Source of the DNA: Sarea resinae
Taxonomy: Eukaryota
Length of the DNA stretch: 64,000 nucleotides
Direction: 5' to 3'
Assembly: GCA_026026165.1 (NCBI GenBank)
Contig: JAPEUD010000042.1
Span: 1 to 64,000, forward strand
A model generated the notes under the pieces. It made no database searches and was not told where the DNA came from. It saw only the letters and a program-made list of their open reading frames with translations. A program made the translations under genes and the position numbers. Shown in pieces: positions 42,013-54,180 of the stretch; the first letter of the stretch is position 1, and each line of letters starts with the position of its first letter.

Positions 42013-42406
42013 GGCTGGTTTGTTGCTGAAAGAGACAACCGGGATTGATACTGGAACAGGAGAAAGGAGAAAAAACCGAAGGAATGACGGGTGTGATTTG
42101 GTCAAGTGTTTCGTTCGAGGAGAAGGAGGATGAGGATGATGTATCAATATGATTCTTGGTCTGGTGTGTCAGGTACCTAGTCTACTATGTAAAGCGCGCA
42201 GCAGCTGCCTGTACAGATACTTTGTGGAGATGGTTGATTTTGGCGTGGACCAGGGGGGTATTGCAATTAGCTTGCCGACTGAAGCAACGCATTCATCTCA
42301 AAACAGCGAGTCCCTCAGGTGCAACATACATATGACCACAATCCCGTTCGTGGAAGCTGAACAGATTTAAGACGAGGGACTCGCCATTTAGGGATGGCCG
42401 GTCATA

Positions 42407-42450
42407 TGAGCATCGTGAGCACCGTGAGCACCGTGAGCATCGTGAGCATC
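42407..42450. repeat. 9-bp tandem repeat (TGAGCAYCG) x~5
   Basis: Read directly from the sequence. Confidence 0.9.
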
Positions 42451-42805
42451 TGCTGATCGACCCGATGTGCGTGTCTGACCCCTGTAGGTGGGTGAGCACC
42501 TTGATCATCACGAATGCCAGCACGAGCTATCTGTTCAGCGATTCTATGCTCGATAGCTCGAAGGTAGCTCAATCACAGCTCTACGATACATCATTCATCA
42601 TCACCGATTCAGTCTTCTTCATCTTGGAATCAAACATGGACTTTTTATTGATTCAGAGCCCGACAAAAACATGATCCAAACTCCTGCCGGATATAACCTC
42701 GACCATCCCAGCTTCAAAGCGACAACATGAGGCTATGATGAGCGCTATTCTGTACTGCAATGGTATTACTAAAGTTGACTCTGCGCCTGATATCCAACTC
42801 ACATC

Positions 42806-43214
42806 TCACAGTAAACCGATCGTGACATCTCCCTTGACCCGCGCGTAAAGTTCAACCTGTTTCCTACATTAACCCTATAACCACATCTCCCTTGACCCTG
42901 GCGTAGAGCTCTACCTCGACTTCGAGATCCAACTCGATCTTGATCTTCAGACTGCTCTCCTTCTCGTCCTTCTTCTTCGGCCGATCCTTGATGCGCGATT
43001 GCCGGACGGGGACGATTTTGGCGTGGCCCTTGTCGGTGTCGATGTGTTCGCCTTGCTGCTGGTAAAGTTCTTGGTTCTGCTTCTCTTGCGAGTCGGATCC
43101 GGCGTCTGATGCAACGTCTGAGCCGGCCTCGGAGACTTCTTGTTCGGCTCTGTGGAAGAGTTAGAAGCGACACCAGCTGAAGCCAAGCACAGTTGAGCCT
43201 TACACTGAGGACAT
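42806..43214 (-). CDS. 98-aa uncharacterised protein with disordered N-terminus and amphipathic beta-type C-terminal motif; two predicted isoforms
   Basis: CACAATG start, 11-nt exon 1, canonical intron 43150-43203 (GTAAGG...TTCTAAC...CAG). Translation MSSVAEQEVSEAGSD...KKKDEKESSLKIKIELDLEVEVELYARVKGDVVIGLM* (stop 42864), or ...GDVTIGLL* (stop 42806) if 42857-42914 is spliced out. Confidence 0.85.
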
Positions 43215-44362
43215 TGTGCGTGAGTCGTGGTCGAGAGAGTCGATCTATATGAGGGAGCACTGGGTGGAGTGAAGCAGTGAAGGTTTGTTTTTGTTCAGTT
43301 GAGGAAGCTTTTGTGTAGTGGGATTTGATTTTGTTCAGATGGCAGAGCTAGAAAGGGAGGCTTCAGAAGGAGCAACTTCCGTCATAAATACATGATCCTC
43401 AGTCTCTCAAACATCATGACGATGCGCTGCGACAGAGCGATGACATGCCGCCCGTCTCCACATAAAACCGGATTGGAACGCGGGAAAGAGAAAGGGAAAG
43501 ACGACATGCCACATATCGAGGTAACGATCGAAATCGACGTCTCTTCAGGGCGTAGCAAGAAAGAGCAATTAATATGGGTTCCCTGGCACTGGCACTTAGA
43601 GTAGGTCCCACCCCGCAGCGCCCTCGAGATGACGTCCTAGTCCCAGACGGGCAACTCGTCGATCCTATCACGATAGAAGGGTCTCCACGTCTCCACCCTC
43701 GAGGTCGGCGGCGAGGGCTGAGAGGACGAAAGCAGGTTTGGGGGGTGGTTGATATTGGAAGAGACATGCATGGATAGTAAGCCACGCAGTCATTGTACAG
43801 CACGAAGGATTGATGAACAAGAGTGGGATTCGAGAAAGACGGGCGGAGGAGACATTTCGCTCATAGGAGGAGTGGCGTTCGAGTCAAGTACCTATATCTT
43901 CCGCTCTCTACTACCTCCCTTAGTATCCATAGTATGTGGGTACGACACGAGTCCTGGGGTGGATGTGTGCCGCACCATGCAAGAATAGATGAAGGATGGA
44001 AGCTGGAGGTACTTGCTGCGAGGTGTGATCTACCATGTGAGCACCTGTCAGATCGTAGATTATCTCCATAGCACCATCTGTACCATCTGTACTTGCGGAT
44101 CCTGCAAATCACGGTACGGCCTGAGGTAGTGATGAGCAGCACTAAGGTACCTTACCTGCAAGCGTATTGCGGAGGGAGCACCGAGGTACCTTAGGTACCT
44201 CCCTACCCTACTATGTATCAATGCGAGACGAGACTCGACGAGACGACCACGGTATGATCAACTACTGTATGACCAACTACCTACATTACATAGTGCGGCC
44301 TCCAGACTTTATATTACCTTACTGCCAAGTAACTCTCCAGCTAACATCAAAGAAGAATAAGG

Positions 44363-44409
44363 GTACTCTGGCATGAGTACTCTGGCAAGAGTACTCTGGC
44401 ATGAGTACT
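44363..44409. repeat. 14-bp tandem repeat (GTACTCTGGCAWGA) x3.4
   Basis: Read directly; lies upstream of the 44742 gene. Confidence 0.9.
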
Positions 44410-44741
44410 GCAGTGTACTGCCCGCAGTACCTGCCGTTTCCTTTCTCCTGCGATGACGACTGACACAGCTACCCCTGGCCCTCGACTTACTTCGTAGTAC
44501 TCCCATCTTTGCAGCACGTTCTGGTTGCAAGTGGCCTCTATTATGGTGCCCGACATGACGTCGCATCAATATTTCTCCAGTATCCGGCGCTGAGCCTGTT
44601 GTCGGCTGTCTGCTGTCTGCTTTCTGCTGTCTGCTAATGAGAATCCTTCGTCTCTCCTGATTGTTTTGCGTTGTTGTTGTTGTTGTTGAAGTAAATGCTA
44701 TTCACAATTAAATTGGACGACCATCTCTCTCCCAACAAAAC

Positions 44742-45468
44742 ATGGTCCTCGGCATCCTGACCTCGATAGCAGCTTGTCCTGCTATCATCGGCACCACCGA
44801 AGCAGTCCGTCAAGGCACCAAGCAGAACGCAAAAGAGCGACACCGAGGCCGCAAGACCAACCTCATCGTTGAATGCGACAGTACCCTACCACACAGCGGC
44901 GAGATCAATGGAAGCTTGATCGTGCTCTCGAACAACAAGGTACGTGCTAAGATCCCCCGCCCTTGGTCCAAATCGTAGAGATTGACCTCCAACCCACCAG
45001 CTCTACATCGCGCCACGCACAGCCTCCACGACCGACGAGACCTCCATCCCCGACGCTCACCCCTTCGCGGGCTACTACCTCCCGTACCCCGGCGAAGACT
45101 TCCGCAAGCGTGGCGAAGGGCTCGTGTCGACCATCTCGGACGATCCACCGCAGCTGAACTGGATCTATCTGGACGAGTACTCGTTCGAGCTCAAATATGG
45201 GAATAAAGCCGAGTCGCAGGACCAAACGGTCGGGCCCTTTGATTGCACCATGGTTGACAAGCGACTGACCTTGGACGGCTGGGAGGGCTTCTACGCGGTG
45301 AAGGAGAGCAAAGAGGACGGAGGCAAATGGGCGCTGTATTTCGACTACTTCAATGATGGGTTGAACGAAGTGGTGGAGGGCAAGGAGATGCTGCCTATCG
45401 AATTGGTCAGAAGAGAGAGGAGAGTTGAGAAAGCGGATGAGAATATCCCATCCGAGTTCGCCGATTAG
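44742..45468 (+). CDS. Conserved uncharacterised fungal protein (221 aa), hydrophobic N-terminus
   Basis: MVLGILTSIAACPAIIGTTEAVRQG..., canonical intron 44940-45000, then HPFAGYYLPYP...GEGLVSTISDDPPQLNWIYLD...LTLDGWEGFYAV...WALYFD. Codon usage is strongly biased. Confidence 0.88.
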
Positions 45469-45826
45469 GATGGAGAAAAGGGTCGCGAAAGTGACCTAGC
45501 CTTGTCCTTGTGCTCAATGTCTACCAGACTCCGGACCTCATGAACACGAAAGATACCCCACTTTGCTTCTAGGACACTCATCGAATTCTCTTGACGGCCC
45601 TACATGACGAGCCAACGATAGAGTATGACTCTCTCTTCTACAGCCACAACGTTCCTGCGTTAATTCTCCATTCGGGCATCTAGATGCCGCCTCAACCTCC
45701 TACCTCCCAATTCGCTATTTGGACCGACATCTTCCCTTCAACTCCTGGACGGAGCAAAACACACTCCGAAAAGGGCATTCACCACGCCCTCGCCCCTTTC
45801 AACCCAAAGAAGGCGCCAAAAGATTG

Positions 45827-45832
<6 letters not shown>

Positions 45833-45858
<26 letters not shown>
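45833..45858. repeat. (CT)n microsatellite
   Basis: Read directly. Confidence 0.9.
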
Positions 45859-46653
45859 GCTAGAACAAAAGCAACTAGAGCCAGAGACATGCCCTCTTCT
45901 TTCACATCAACAAACACAGCCCGCTCTCTTTTGCCAGGCTCATAACACCGGATGCAAGCTCGACAGTCTCATGCCGACAGGAAGAAGATAAATAGGCAAT
46001 CTCCCTTCCTCTCCTCTCATCCCATCTCGTCCTCTTCTCTGAACAGCAGGATCAAAGTCCAAGAGACTTTTTGGGATGATTCCTCTGGCCTGTTGACGGC
46101 TCGTCATATGGGCGTGAGGGTGTTCGCTTGATTTGGATGGAGCAATGGAGTCGTGGAGGGGAGCAAGGGCTTGTTTTTATATCCGTGCGCGATTGGGTTG
46201 TATTCTATTTCTGGTGTTAGATCTATATCCCAAGCCTATCGTCATTTGCGTATATTCACATCCAGGTCGACATGTTGATCTTGTGACTCATCTACTTCAG
46301 TCATTCACATCAGCCACGTCAGTCACATCAGTCACGTCAGGGTCGATAGAGCAGTTGGGTAAATCGTATGTACACGACGAAGCTCTCGACTGAGTTCTGG
46401 TGCCTGCAGGATAGGTGGGTGGGCTGGCATGATTGACAGGGACATGAAGTCGACTAGGACAGGGGACAAGAAACCAGGAACCAGTGATACAGGCAAAGAG
46501 AAGGAGAGAAAATGATAAGACGGACCCCGCTCTCCGCCCATGTGGCGTATCCCACTGCCGTGCCCATTCTTTACTTCCTCCTCCATAGCCCGTTCCTTCC
46601 TCCTTCCTTGAAACTCTCATTCCCTTCCTTCCGAAGCTCAGCTCGGCTCGGCT

Positions 46654-47652
46654 CTACTCCCTCCACAGCGCACCAACGCCAAGGTCCAACTCGTCCATCA
46701 GATCGAGATCGGCCTCTCCATCCCCATACAGCAGCCTCGACTCGATCTCACTGACGACGCCGACCAAGACCGGCTCCTCGGCCGCGGCCAGCGCCCACCA
46801 CGCCGGCAGCGTGAACTCGACCCGGACGCGCGCCAGCACGCCGTCCAGGCCGCCAAAGGCCCAGAAGAGCGCCATCCACGCCTGCGAGCGCGCGTGGCCG
46901 TCGGCGCGGATCCGGCACAGCTGCTGCCAGTCGGACAGGTGCAGGGCCAGGTGCAGGCTGCGCAGCTGGGCCAGCGCGTCGCCGGCCGTCTGGCACGCCA
47001 CCAGCCAGGCGTAGTCGGCGCGGGCCTTCCAGCGCCGGTCCGCCGTGCGGTTGGGCTCGCCGTAGGCCGCCGCCGCGATCGAGACGTGGTGGACTTGCGC
47101 CCGGGTCCGCGGCTGGAGGCGGCCGATGAAGTGCCGCAGCGCGTACGGCGAGCCGAATGAGAAGGTCGCGTTGTTGTACAGAAGGGGCGTCGTTTCGTTG
47201 TAGAGCTGCCGGCTGACGAGCGCGAGGTGGGCGGATACGTTGTCGGAGCGGAAGCTGCGCGTGTTGGGGCGGCCCTTGGGCTTCTTGCTCTTGGTGGGCG
47301 TGCTTTGGCTGGTTGACGTGGCAGCGGTGACGACGGAAGGGTTCTTGGATCGTTTGCCGTTGCCATTGTTGGCGTCGTCTTTGCCATTGGTGGAAGAAGT
47401 AGATGTCGAAGGTGAAGATCCGGCTTTCCCTACACGATAGGTGATGCCTCTCCCACCCTTCCGGCGAACAATCTCAATGGCCTGTGGCGGGAAGACGTAT
47501 TCGTATATCTTGATCCTCAATTCGGCAGGAAGGTCGAGGAACCGAAAAGGCTTGTTTTCGGCCTGTTTCTTGGGCGAGAGGTGCGCGGGAATGATCCAGC
47601 TTCCCTTGGATTTCCGGGCTTCGGCTCCGGTCGTGGCGACTTTGAAACTCAT
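46654..47652 (-). CDS. Fungal protein with F-box-like N-terminal motif
   Basis: PFRFLDLPAELRIKIYEYVF and LALVSRQLYNETTPLLYNNATFSF motifs; single GC3-rich 332-aa ORF. Confidence 0.8.
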   Translation of the reverse strand: MSFKVATTGAEARKSKGSWIIPAHLSPKKQAENKPFRFLDLPAELRIKIYEYVFPPQAIEIVRRKGGRGITYRVGKAGSSPSTSTSSTNGKDDANNGNGKRSKNPSVVTAATSTSQSTPTKSKKPKGRPNTRSFRSDNVSAHLALVSRQLYNETTPLLYNNATFSFGSPYALRHFIGRLQPRTRAQVHHVSIAAAAYGEPNRTADRRWKARADYAWLVACQTAGDALAQLRSLHLALHLSDWQQLCRIRADGHARSQAWMALFWAFGGLDGVLARVRVEFTLPAWWALAAAEEPVLVGVVSEIESRLLYGDGEADLDLMDELDLGVGALWRE

Positions 47653-48607
47653 TCTTTTAGAAGGGTCGAGTACACTAGTCGTCTGAGGGTGCTGAGGGAG
47701 ACACGAAGAAGACTGATCGAATGTGTCGATGAGAGTAAGGAGGATGGGTTACAACTCGTCCACAGAATCAGATTGGATAGAGGACTAAATTCGTGAGAGC
47801 TTCTGATGAATGGGATGTGAAAGCTGATTATACTTGAAGGTGTCGAGTGAGAAGAAAAGAGGATGGATTTGGGTTCGTCCGGCGAACAAGAAGATGGAAG
47901 ATGTGCTTTGACAGTGGTGGCGGCTGAGGTAGAGCGTAAAGTTTGCGGAAGCTGATGACAGGATCGAAGTGATGATGGTGATGATGATGATGTAGTGGAA
48001 CGACTGATCAGTCAATCATTAATTAATAGAGGTCGAGAGGAATGTGGACAGTGAATGAGAGTTAACTAGAAGTAAGAGAAACTTGGCGAGAAGCCTCGTG
48101 GTTGCCATTGAATAAGGGTTGGCAAAAGGTCACAGCAGACGGATCGACGCAAAGCTCAATTGACACGAAGCTCACCAGTGAATGAAGTCGGAAAAAGGCT
48201 GATAGAAGTCATACTAACATCATACTTTCACGGCGTGAATGTCACGACATGAGCAAAGTCCTGGCCGCCAGACTGACTCCCAACGTTGTTTATTGACTCG
48301 TATTTTAGGACACGATAGATTACCAAGATCAGTGATCGCAACGAAAGTCGCCGCTGGCAGCCTCATCTCATGCGTCGCCGATATTATATCTATCGCAGAT
48401 TCGCAGGGAATCAAAAAGGAAAACGCCACCGAACGCTCATATAAAAGCATCCCAGCACCTGTTTAAACCGTCAAGGTATCAATCGACCAACCAAAGGGAA
48501 AACCAAAAGGAGAGACACGAATAGGAAAGATCGTAGCCAGAAAATATACATGATCCACGTAAACGAACATCAACAGCAAAGGAGAACGTAACCACAATGG
48601 ACGCGGC

Positions 48608-50195
48608 TTATTGCTGATGCTCTTTCACGTCTTGCCCGTAAAAGGCGGGTGGATATGTACCGTCTTGCTGCATTGTCGGGTCGTACGAGTGGCTGGCGGC
48701 GGCGCCAGTATAAGCGCCAGGGATCGGCACAGCCTCGTATTGAGTCTCTCCTGGTGCTGCCTCATCATAGTGCCTAAGCTCCGATGACGATCCAAATTCA
48801 GCCTGAGCTGGTTTCGGTGTGGCATTCTGGATCCTGATCGGTGGAGCTTGAAGCTGGAATGGCTTCTCGGCTGGGAAACCTTGAGGTTGCTCTTCCGCGT
48901 ATTGGACCGCGGAGCCCTCGCCCCGCTCGGCCACGGAATGCGGGTCCGCGTATGATGGCGGGAAGGTCGAAGCCATTGGAGACTTGAAGCCAGGTGTGTT
49001 TGGAGCAGTCTGCGTACGAAGCTGGGCAAGGTAGAGATCGCCACGCGCCTTTTCGCGCACATTCATTGACTTTCGAAGGCGATTCTTTGTGTAGAAGCGG
49101 TAAAGCCCGGCACCGTACACGGCCATAGCACACATCTCCACGACAATCTCAATGAAGGCGCAGACAAATGACCAATTCTATAACCAGGCGTCAGATCATG
49201 CCAAGCTTTTGGCCTGCAGGAAAGGGACTTACTTGAATTCTGCAAACCAAGTCGTAGTGAACTTGCCCTTCAAAAAGCTTCTTCCGCTGATTGCTGTTGC
49301 AGGCCCAACCCCACATATCTTTCTGGCCGCTATGCTGCCTGGTCTGGTGAAGGATCCCAGCGCCGATCGCCCACACGATGATGCTAGAAAGGAAGAAAGC
49401 CAAGGAGAAGTAGGTGTAGTACTTGGCTGACTTCTCGGCCCGCCTATGGCCACCTTTGTAGTATGCATAGAAGATGCAGATGGACAGAAACAGAGACACG
49501 GCAGCGATACACAAAAGAAGCACCTGTGGCCATATCTTCTGGTTCTCGGCCCAAGGTGGAAGGTTGTTGCGCTTGGGTATTGCCTTGGTTGCATTGAAAA
49601 TGGCAAAGGTTGACGAAAGCATCGACAGCACGATCAAGCTGCAGCTGAAGTTGATGCCTCGGAGGAATACCTTGGCAATTCGTACGCGGAATTTCATTCT
49701 CTGTTCGCACATCGTCAATACAAAGGACCCAGAAAACAGACAGACTTGGCGCTAGCCTACCAGATCTTTTGCATTCTCTTTGTCGGTCCTCTTCTCCGTC
49801 TTGTCAAGTATTTGCTCCTCGCGGAACGTCGGACTCAGAGGGTTTTCGGTCATGGATGTGTCGATTCTGCGTGGAGGGGCACCAGGGCTCTTCAGCGCAC
49901 TCTTCAGAGGCGGACCTCGGGAGCCAACCTCCTCGACCGCGATGGTGGGAAAGTTGGCATGCTTTGCATCCTCAGTGTCGGCGATATAGCCAAAGCCAAC
50001 ATCCGAAGGCCGTGCCTCTTCTGACGGATCATCAAAAGGCGATTTGGAGGCCTTGGAAGGGCCAATGGGCGAATTCACAGCGGTGGCTTCGGCGAATCTG
50101 GGCGTCCGAGGCACGCTGAGCGACGGAGTGGTCGATGAGCTTGACGACGTTCGAGAGCTCACGCTGAGCGTGGGGTGCTCCTTTCTGTTCGCCAT
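48608..50195 (-). CDS. ham-8: HAM-8-like (hyphal anastomosis) MARVEL-like four-TM protein
   Basis: PRTPRFAEATAVNSPI, LKSALK, PLSPTFREEQIL, RVRIAKVFLRGINFSCSLIVLSML, KDMWGWAC; two introns. Confidence 0.75.
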
Positions 50196-52793
50196 GATTC
50201 TCAATTCGATGAGAGGTGAAAGGACGGGAAGGGAAGAATAGATGTTGCGATTAAATCAGAAGGCTAAAGACGAAAGATGTTGCTGAGATTCTGTAAGTTG
50301 ACGTCGAAGAACCAAGCTCCGAAGGTCGTGAACGGAAAGAAAGCTGATGCGAATGAAATATTATGGAGAGACCTGCTATCGAGGAAAGATCAAGAGTTTC
50401 GTCCTCGATTGGGGTCGAGGGCCAGCTTTTGTCGTTAGAGCAAGCGCCGTGGCACACCTCACGGTTTTACGGCAGTCTGGGATGGGGAGGATGGAGATGT
50501 GATGGAAAGCTTAGCACCGACAGTTGATATGGGACGATCAGAAGATTGCGGGTGCACCTACATGGTATGCGCTGAGTGGGCGGCAAAACGAATTGCTGGG
50601 TCGCGGGTCCCGGTGCGGTGATAGGTTCCGTGCAAGATAGTCGGTACAGCAGTACAGTGGGAGGACAGGGTACGAAGAGCCTGGAGAGCAGAGGGCAGGC
50701 CCGATGGAGAGGGTTTGGGCAGATCCTCGCCGTCCTCGAATAACCGCCCGCCCACCCTCCTCCATGCAACAACGGCTACGGCTGCGCGGGTCTGGCCAGG
50801 GCGATCAGCAAGGCCCCATTGTACGGAGTAGATGGGCTCTCCGACCAGGTAGAGGAAGGCCGACTGCCATCAGGCAGAGCAGAGAGAGGCCAGGTCGAGC
50901 GCAACTCTTGAGCGCTCTTGATATCAAAACGTCTCTCATGCTCCCGGGGGAGGTGTCCATCCTCCAGTGCTCCGTACCCATAGTACTCTTCTCGTCGGCC
51001 CTTGCGAGTGTGTGCGACCATAAGCGGGGAAAGACATGCATCCACCTCTCTCTCTCTCTCTTCCAATAATGCCCTCGGTGCTCGCGCCCAGAACGAGCGA
51101 CATGGCTTCAGGGCGGTGGTCAGTGTGCCACGAGCAGCATGAAGTGCTGCAGATGGCAGATGCAATAGGATGAGAGAAGAAGGGAGGGGCTGGGGGGGGG
51201 GGGGAGGTCGTGATTGGCGGGGGGACGGGCGACGGACGGGCGACGGGCCACTAACATAGCTCCGGACGGGGACTACTGCGCAGTAAAGGTACGACGTACG
51301 AAGTACATAGTAGTCGGTCAGGGTCTGTGGAGAGCCCAGAGGAGGAACAGAGAGGGAGTGGGCAAGAATCAATCCATTCGAGTGACGGTCCAGAACTGCC
51401 TTGCAGCAGCAAGAATGCGCCCGATGGCGTCCAGAGGCCTTGACTGGATGGGCCTTTGCGTGCTCTCCCTCTCACGCTCGAACTAATGCACGTGCCCTGC
51501 TCGCGTCGGCACAAGATCTGCAGTGGTCGGCGCTTACATAGTAGGTGATATCCACCTCATGGATGACAACTGCCCTCGGATAACCTATCAGGTTGGCTCG
51601 GCCACCACCACGGCCACCACCTCAGGCCATGCGGTGATGGTGATTGTCTCCAATGAGACGGTTGGGAGCCGTCCATGGATGCGATCGGGGGGGGCTTCGT
51701 GTGCGGTACCTCTGTACTCTTGCGTGCGCACCTCCCGTCGCGGAATGACGGATATAACGACCAGAATAGCAACATGGAAGATCAAGATGGATCGATCGTT
51801 CGCTCGATCGAGTCAACACAACAGGAAGGCTTGGCCGGTGCCATCATCTCGATGCTGCAGACAGATAGCAGTCCGACATCTGCTGTATCTACATAGTAGG
51901 TGCAGTGTAGGTGGCCCGTGGGGTGGGCGTGAGCGGGCCGTGTAGGGCGGGTAGCGCAGCGCAGCGGACCTACATAATAGTGGAGAGTAGGAGCCGGTGA
52001 GGTCGGGCATACCTTACGGAGTAGTACTGCGTAGAGCTTCGCATACATAGTACGCAGTACCTTGATTATCAGCTTACCTTACATGATCTCGAACTATCAC
52101 CAGCACCCAGTATGGATCTGGATGCTTCGTACCTTATGGATCAATCAACCTACGAATACTCCGTACCTTCCAGATGATTGTCCAGGTCTTTCCAGTCGGT
52201 GTTCCACCAACAGCTGAGGATTGCGAAACGAGTCAGCAGCATCCAGCGTAATTGGCAGGTGCGACGCATAAATGGCCTGAAGCTGGCTGCTGAAGAGAAA
52301 GCCGCGAAAAACAACAGTCCCTTGCAGGATGGACTGAGAGCGAGGTCTGAGATCAATAGAAGATCAATGATATCATCAATAAATGTACTTCAACACGAAG
52401 TCCCCCTATCATCTCCAGATGACCACCCTACGAAGTACTATCCATGATGAAGCATTACTCCCTTCCAAGCTCCAGCAATTCACCGCGTGAAAGGTTCCTC
52501 CAGGCGCATATACCTTACTGGGCAGTATATAGTATCCATTGGAAGCTCACTTCAAACCGCAAGAACCTCGGATCGAGCGCACGTGGCCGGTCCACACGTG
52601 ACCACGCACACCCTCGGCCATCGTGACGCTGCAAGTCCCCTCCACGTACCGTACCACGACTACTCTGGGCGGGCTACTCGGAAGTACTCATCACCATCAG
52701 AGAGACGGGCAGCTTGAGACAGACATCTAATTACTTTCATTTCATCTCAGCACTTCACATCTATTCGTCTCCATCACAACAAACTCTCCCATC

Positions 52794-53761
52794 ATGGCCA
52801 CATCAGCACCCCAGATCCCGCGTTTCCTCCTACCCCGCCTAACATGGCAACCCACCATATCGCGTCCCGCGGGCCTTACAGCGCTGGCTCTTCAAAGCGC
52901 CGCGGCCACGGCCAACGGAAAACCCCCATCACCAGCATCATCATCAACATCACCAATGACAACACCGACGTCAATGCGAACCTACTCCTCACAACAGCAT
53001 CACCGTCAACAGGCTACACGACAAGCCTTTCGCCGGCCAAATCTAGCCCAGATCTCCTACCACCACAACCACCACCATCCCACCATCCCACGCGTCTCCC
53101 TCTCCGCCGCCTTCCATACCTCCGCCCCATTGGCGCGCGACCACCACTTCGACACGCTCAAATTCGTCAAGCGGCTCAAGGGCGAAGGCTTCTCGGAAGA
53201 GCAGGCGGTAGCGATGATGCGGGTGCTGGGCGACGTCATCGACGAATCGATCCAGAACCTGACCCGCACCATGGTGCTGCGCGAAGACCAAGAGAAAGCC
53301 ACGTACACGCAGAAGGTCGACTTCGCCAAGCTGCGCTCCGAGCTGCTCTCGGCCGACACGTCCGAGTCTAGCCTGACGCGCGCGAGCCACGAGCGCCTGA
53401 CCAACGACCTCGCCAAGCTGAATAGTCGCCTGCGCGACGAGATCAGTCGGACCCAGGCGAGCGTGCGCCTCGATCTGAATCTCGAAAAGGGCCGCATCAG
53501 GGAGGAGGCCAACGTGCAGGAGTTGAAGATCAAGGAGACCGAGACCAGGATCGAGCAGGAGGTTGCTGGCCTTCGGGAGAGGGTCGAGGGCGTCAAGTTC
53601 AGTACGCTACAATGGCTGATGTGAGTTTTCCCATTCCCTTCCTTCAGATACCCACCCCTTGTGCGGGGCTCAACATATCCGTATACTGATAACGCTACTA
53701 CAGGGGAGTCTGTACCGGTACAGCGGCGCTCATTTTGGGTGCTTGGCGTCTATTGATGTGA
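52794..53761 (+). CDS. FMP32: Mitochondrial DUF1640/CCDC90-MCUR1 family coiled-coil protein
   Basis: Presequence-like N-terminus, HHFDTLKFVKRLKGEGFSEEQA, QKVDFAKLRSEL, VRLDLNLEKGRIRE. Intron 53621-53703 adds the C-terminal TM segment GVCTGTAALILGAWRLLM. Confidence 0.88.
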
Positions 53762-54180
53762 TGGCCATCATCAGCCATCCACTTACTCGCTCATCCAGGC
53801 CCGTAACCAGTCTCATAACACCATACCATTCCCATAGATAAAGTCAATATAGAAAGCAGCATCTCATCATTCTCGGCATCCACATCTCGAACGGAGAAAA
53901 AACTTCCATAATGCAGCACAAGAAGGACGTAGGATAAGTCTACAAACAAGTTCCGAATCCGTAGCCCCTTGCCCCTTCCTTATCCTTCCATTTACCCAAA
54001 GCCCTCGAGACCAGCCAGCCAGAGAAACCCCACGACGTAAGAAGAAGCCGTTCCCTCATCCTCATCCTCATCCTTCCCTTTCCTCCTCTCGCTAGTCGGT
54101 TCTGCTTCCACCCCCGCCGGCCCCTCTTTTTCCTCACTAAAGAGGGAAAACAAAAGACCAGACAAGTAAGAAAGCCAATC

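Noticed and set aside
42407..42450. Short tandem repeats as a CRISPR-like array
   Set aside because: No spacers, eukaryotic context; a simple minisatellite.
42799..43260. ORF-track entries of 153 aa and 79 aa on the minus strand
   Set aside because: They are alternative frames of the spliced 98-aa gene, which has canonical splice signals and better codon structure.
43392..43604. 70-aa ORF with KEKGKDDMPHIEVTIEIDV, faintly like the small protein's motif
   Set aside because: Similarity is too short, and the ARVKGD part is missing; probably chance.
50250..52790. Many short ORFs in the 2.5-kb ham-8/FMP32 divergent region
   Set aside because: Low-complexity promoter/UTR sequence without coherent coding signal.
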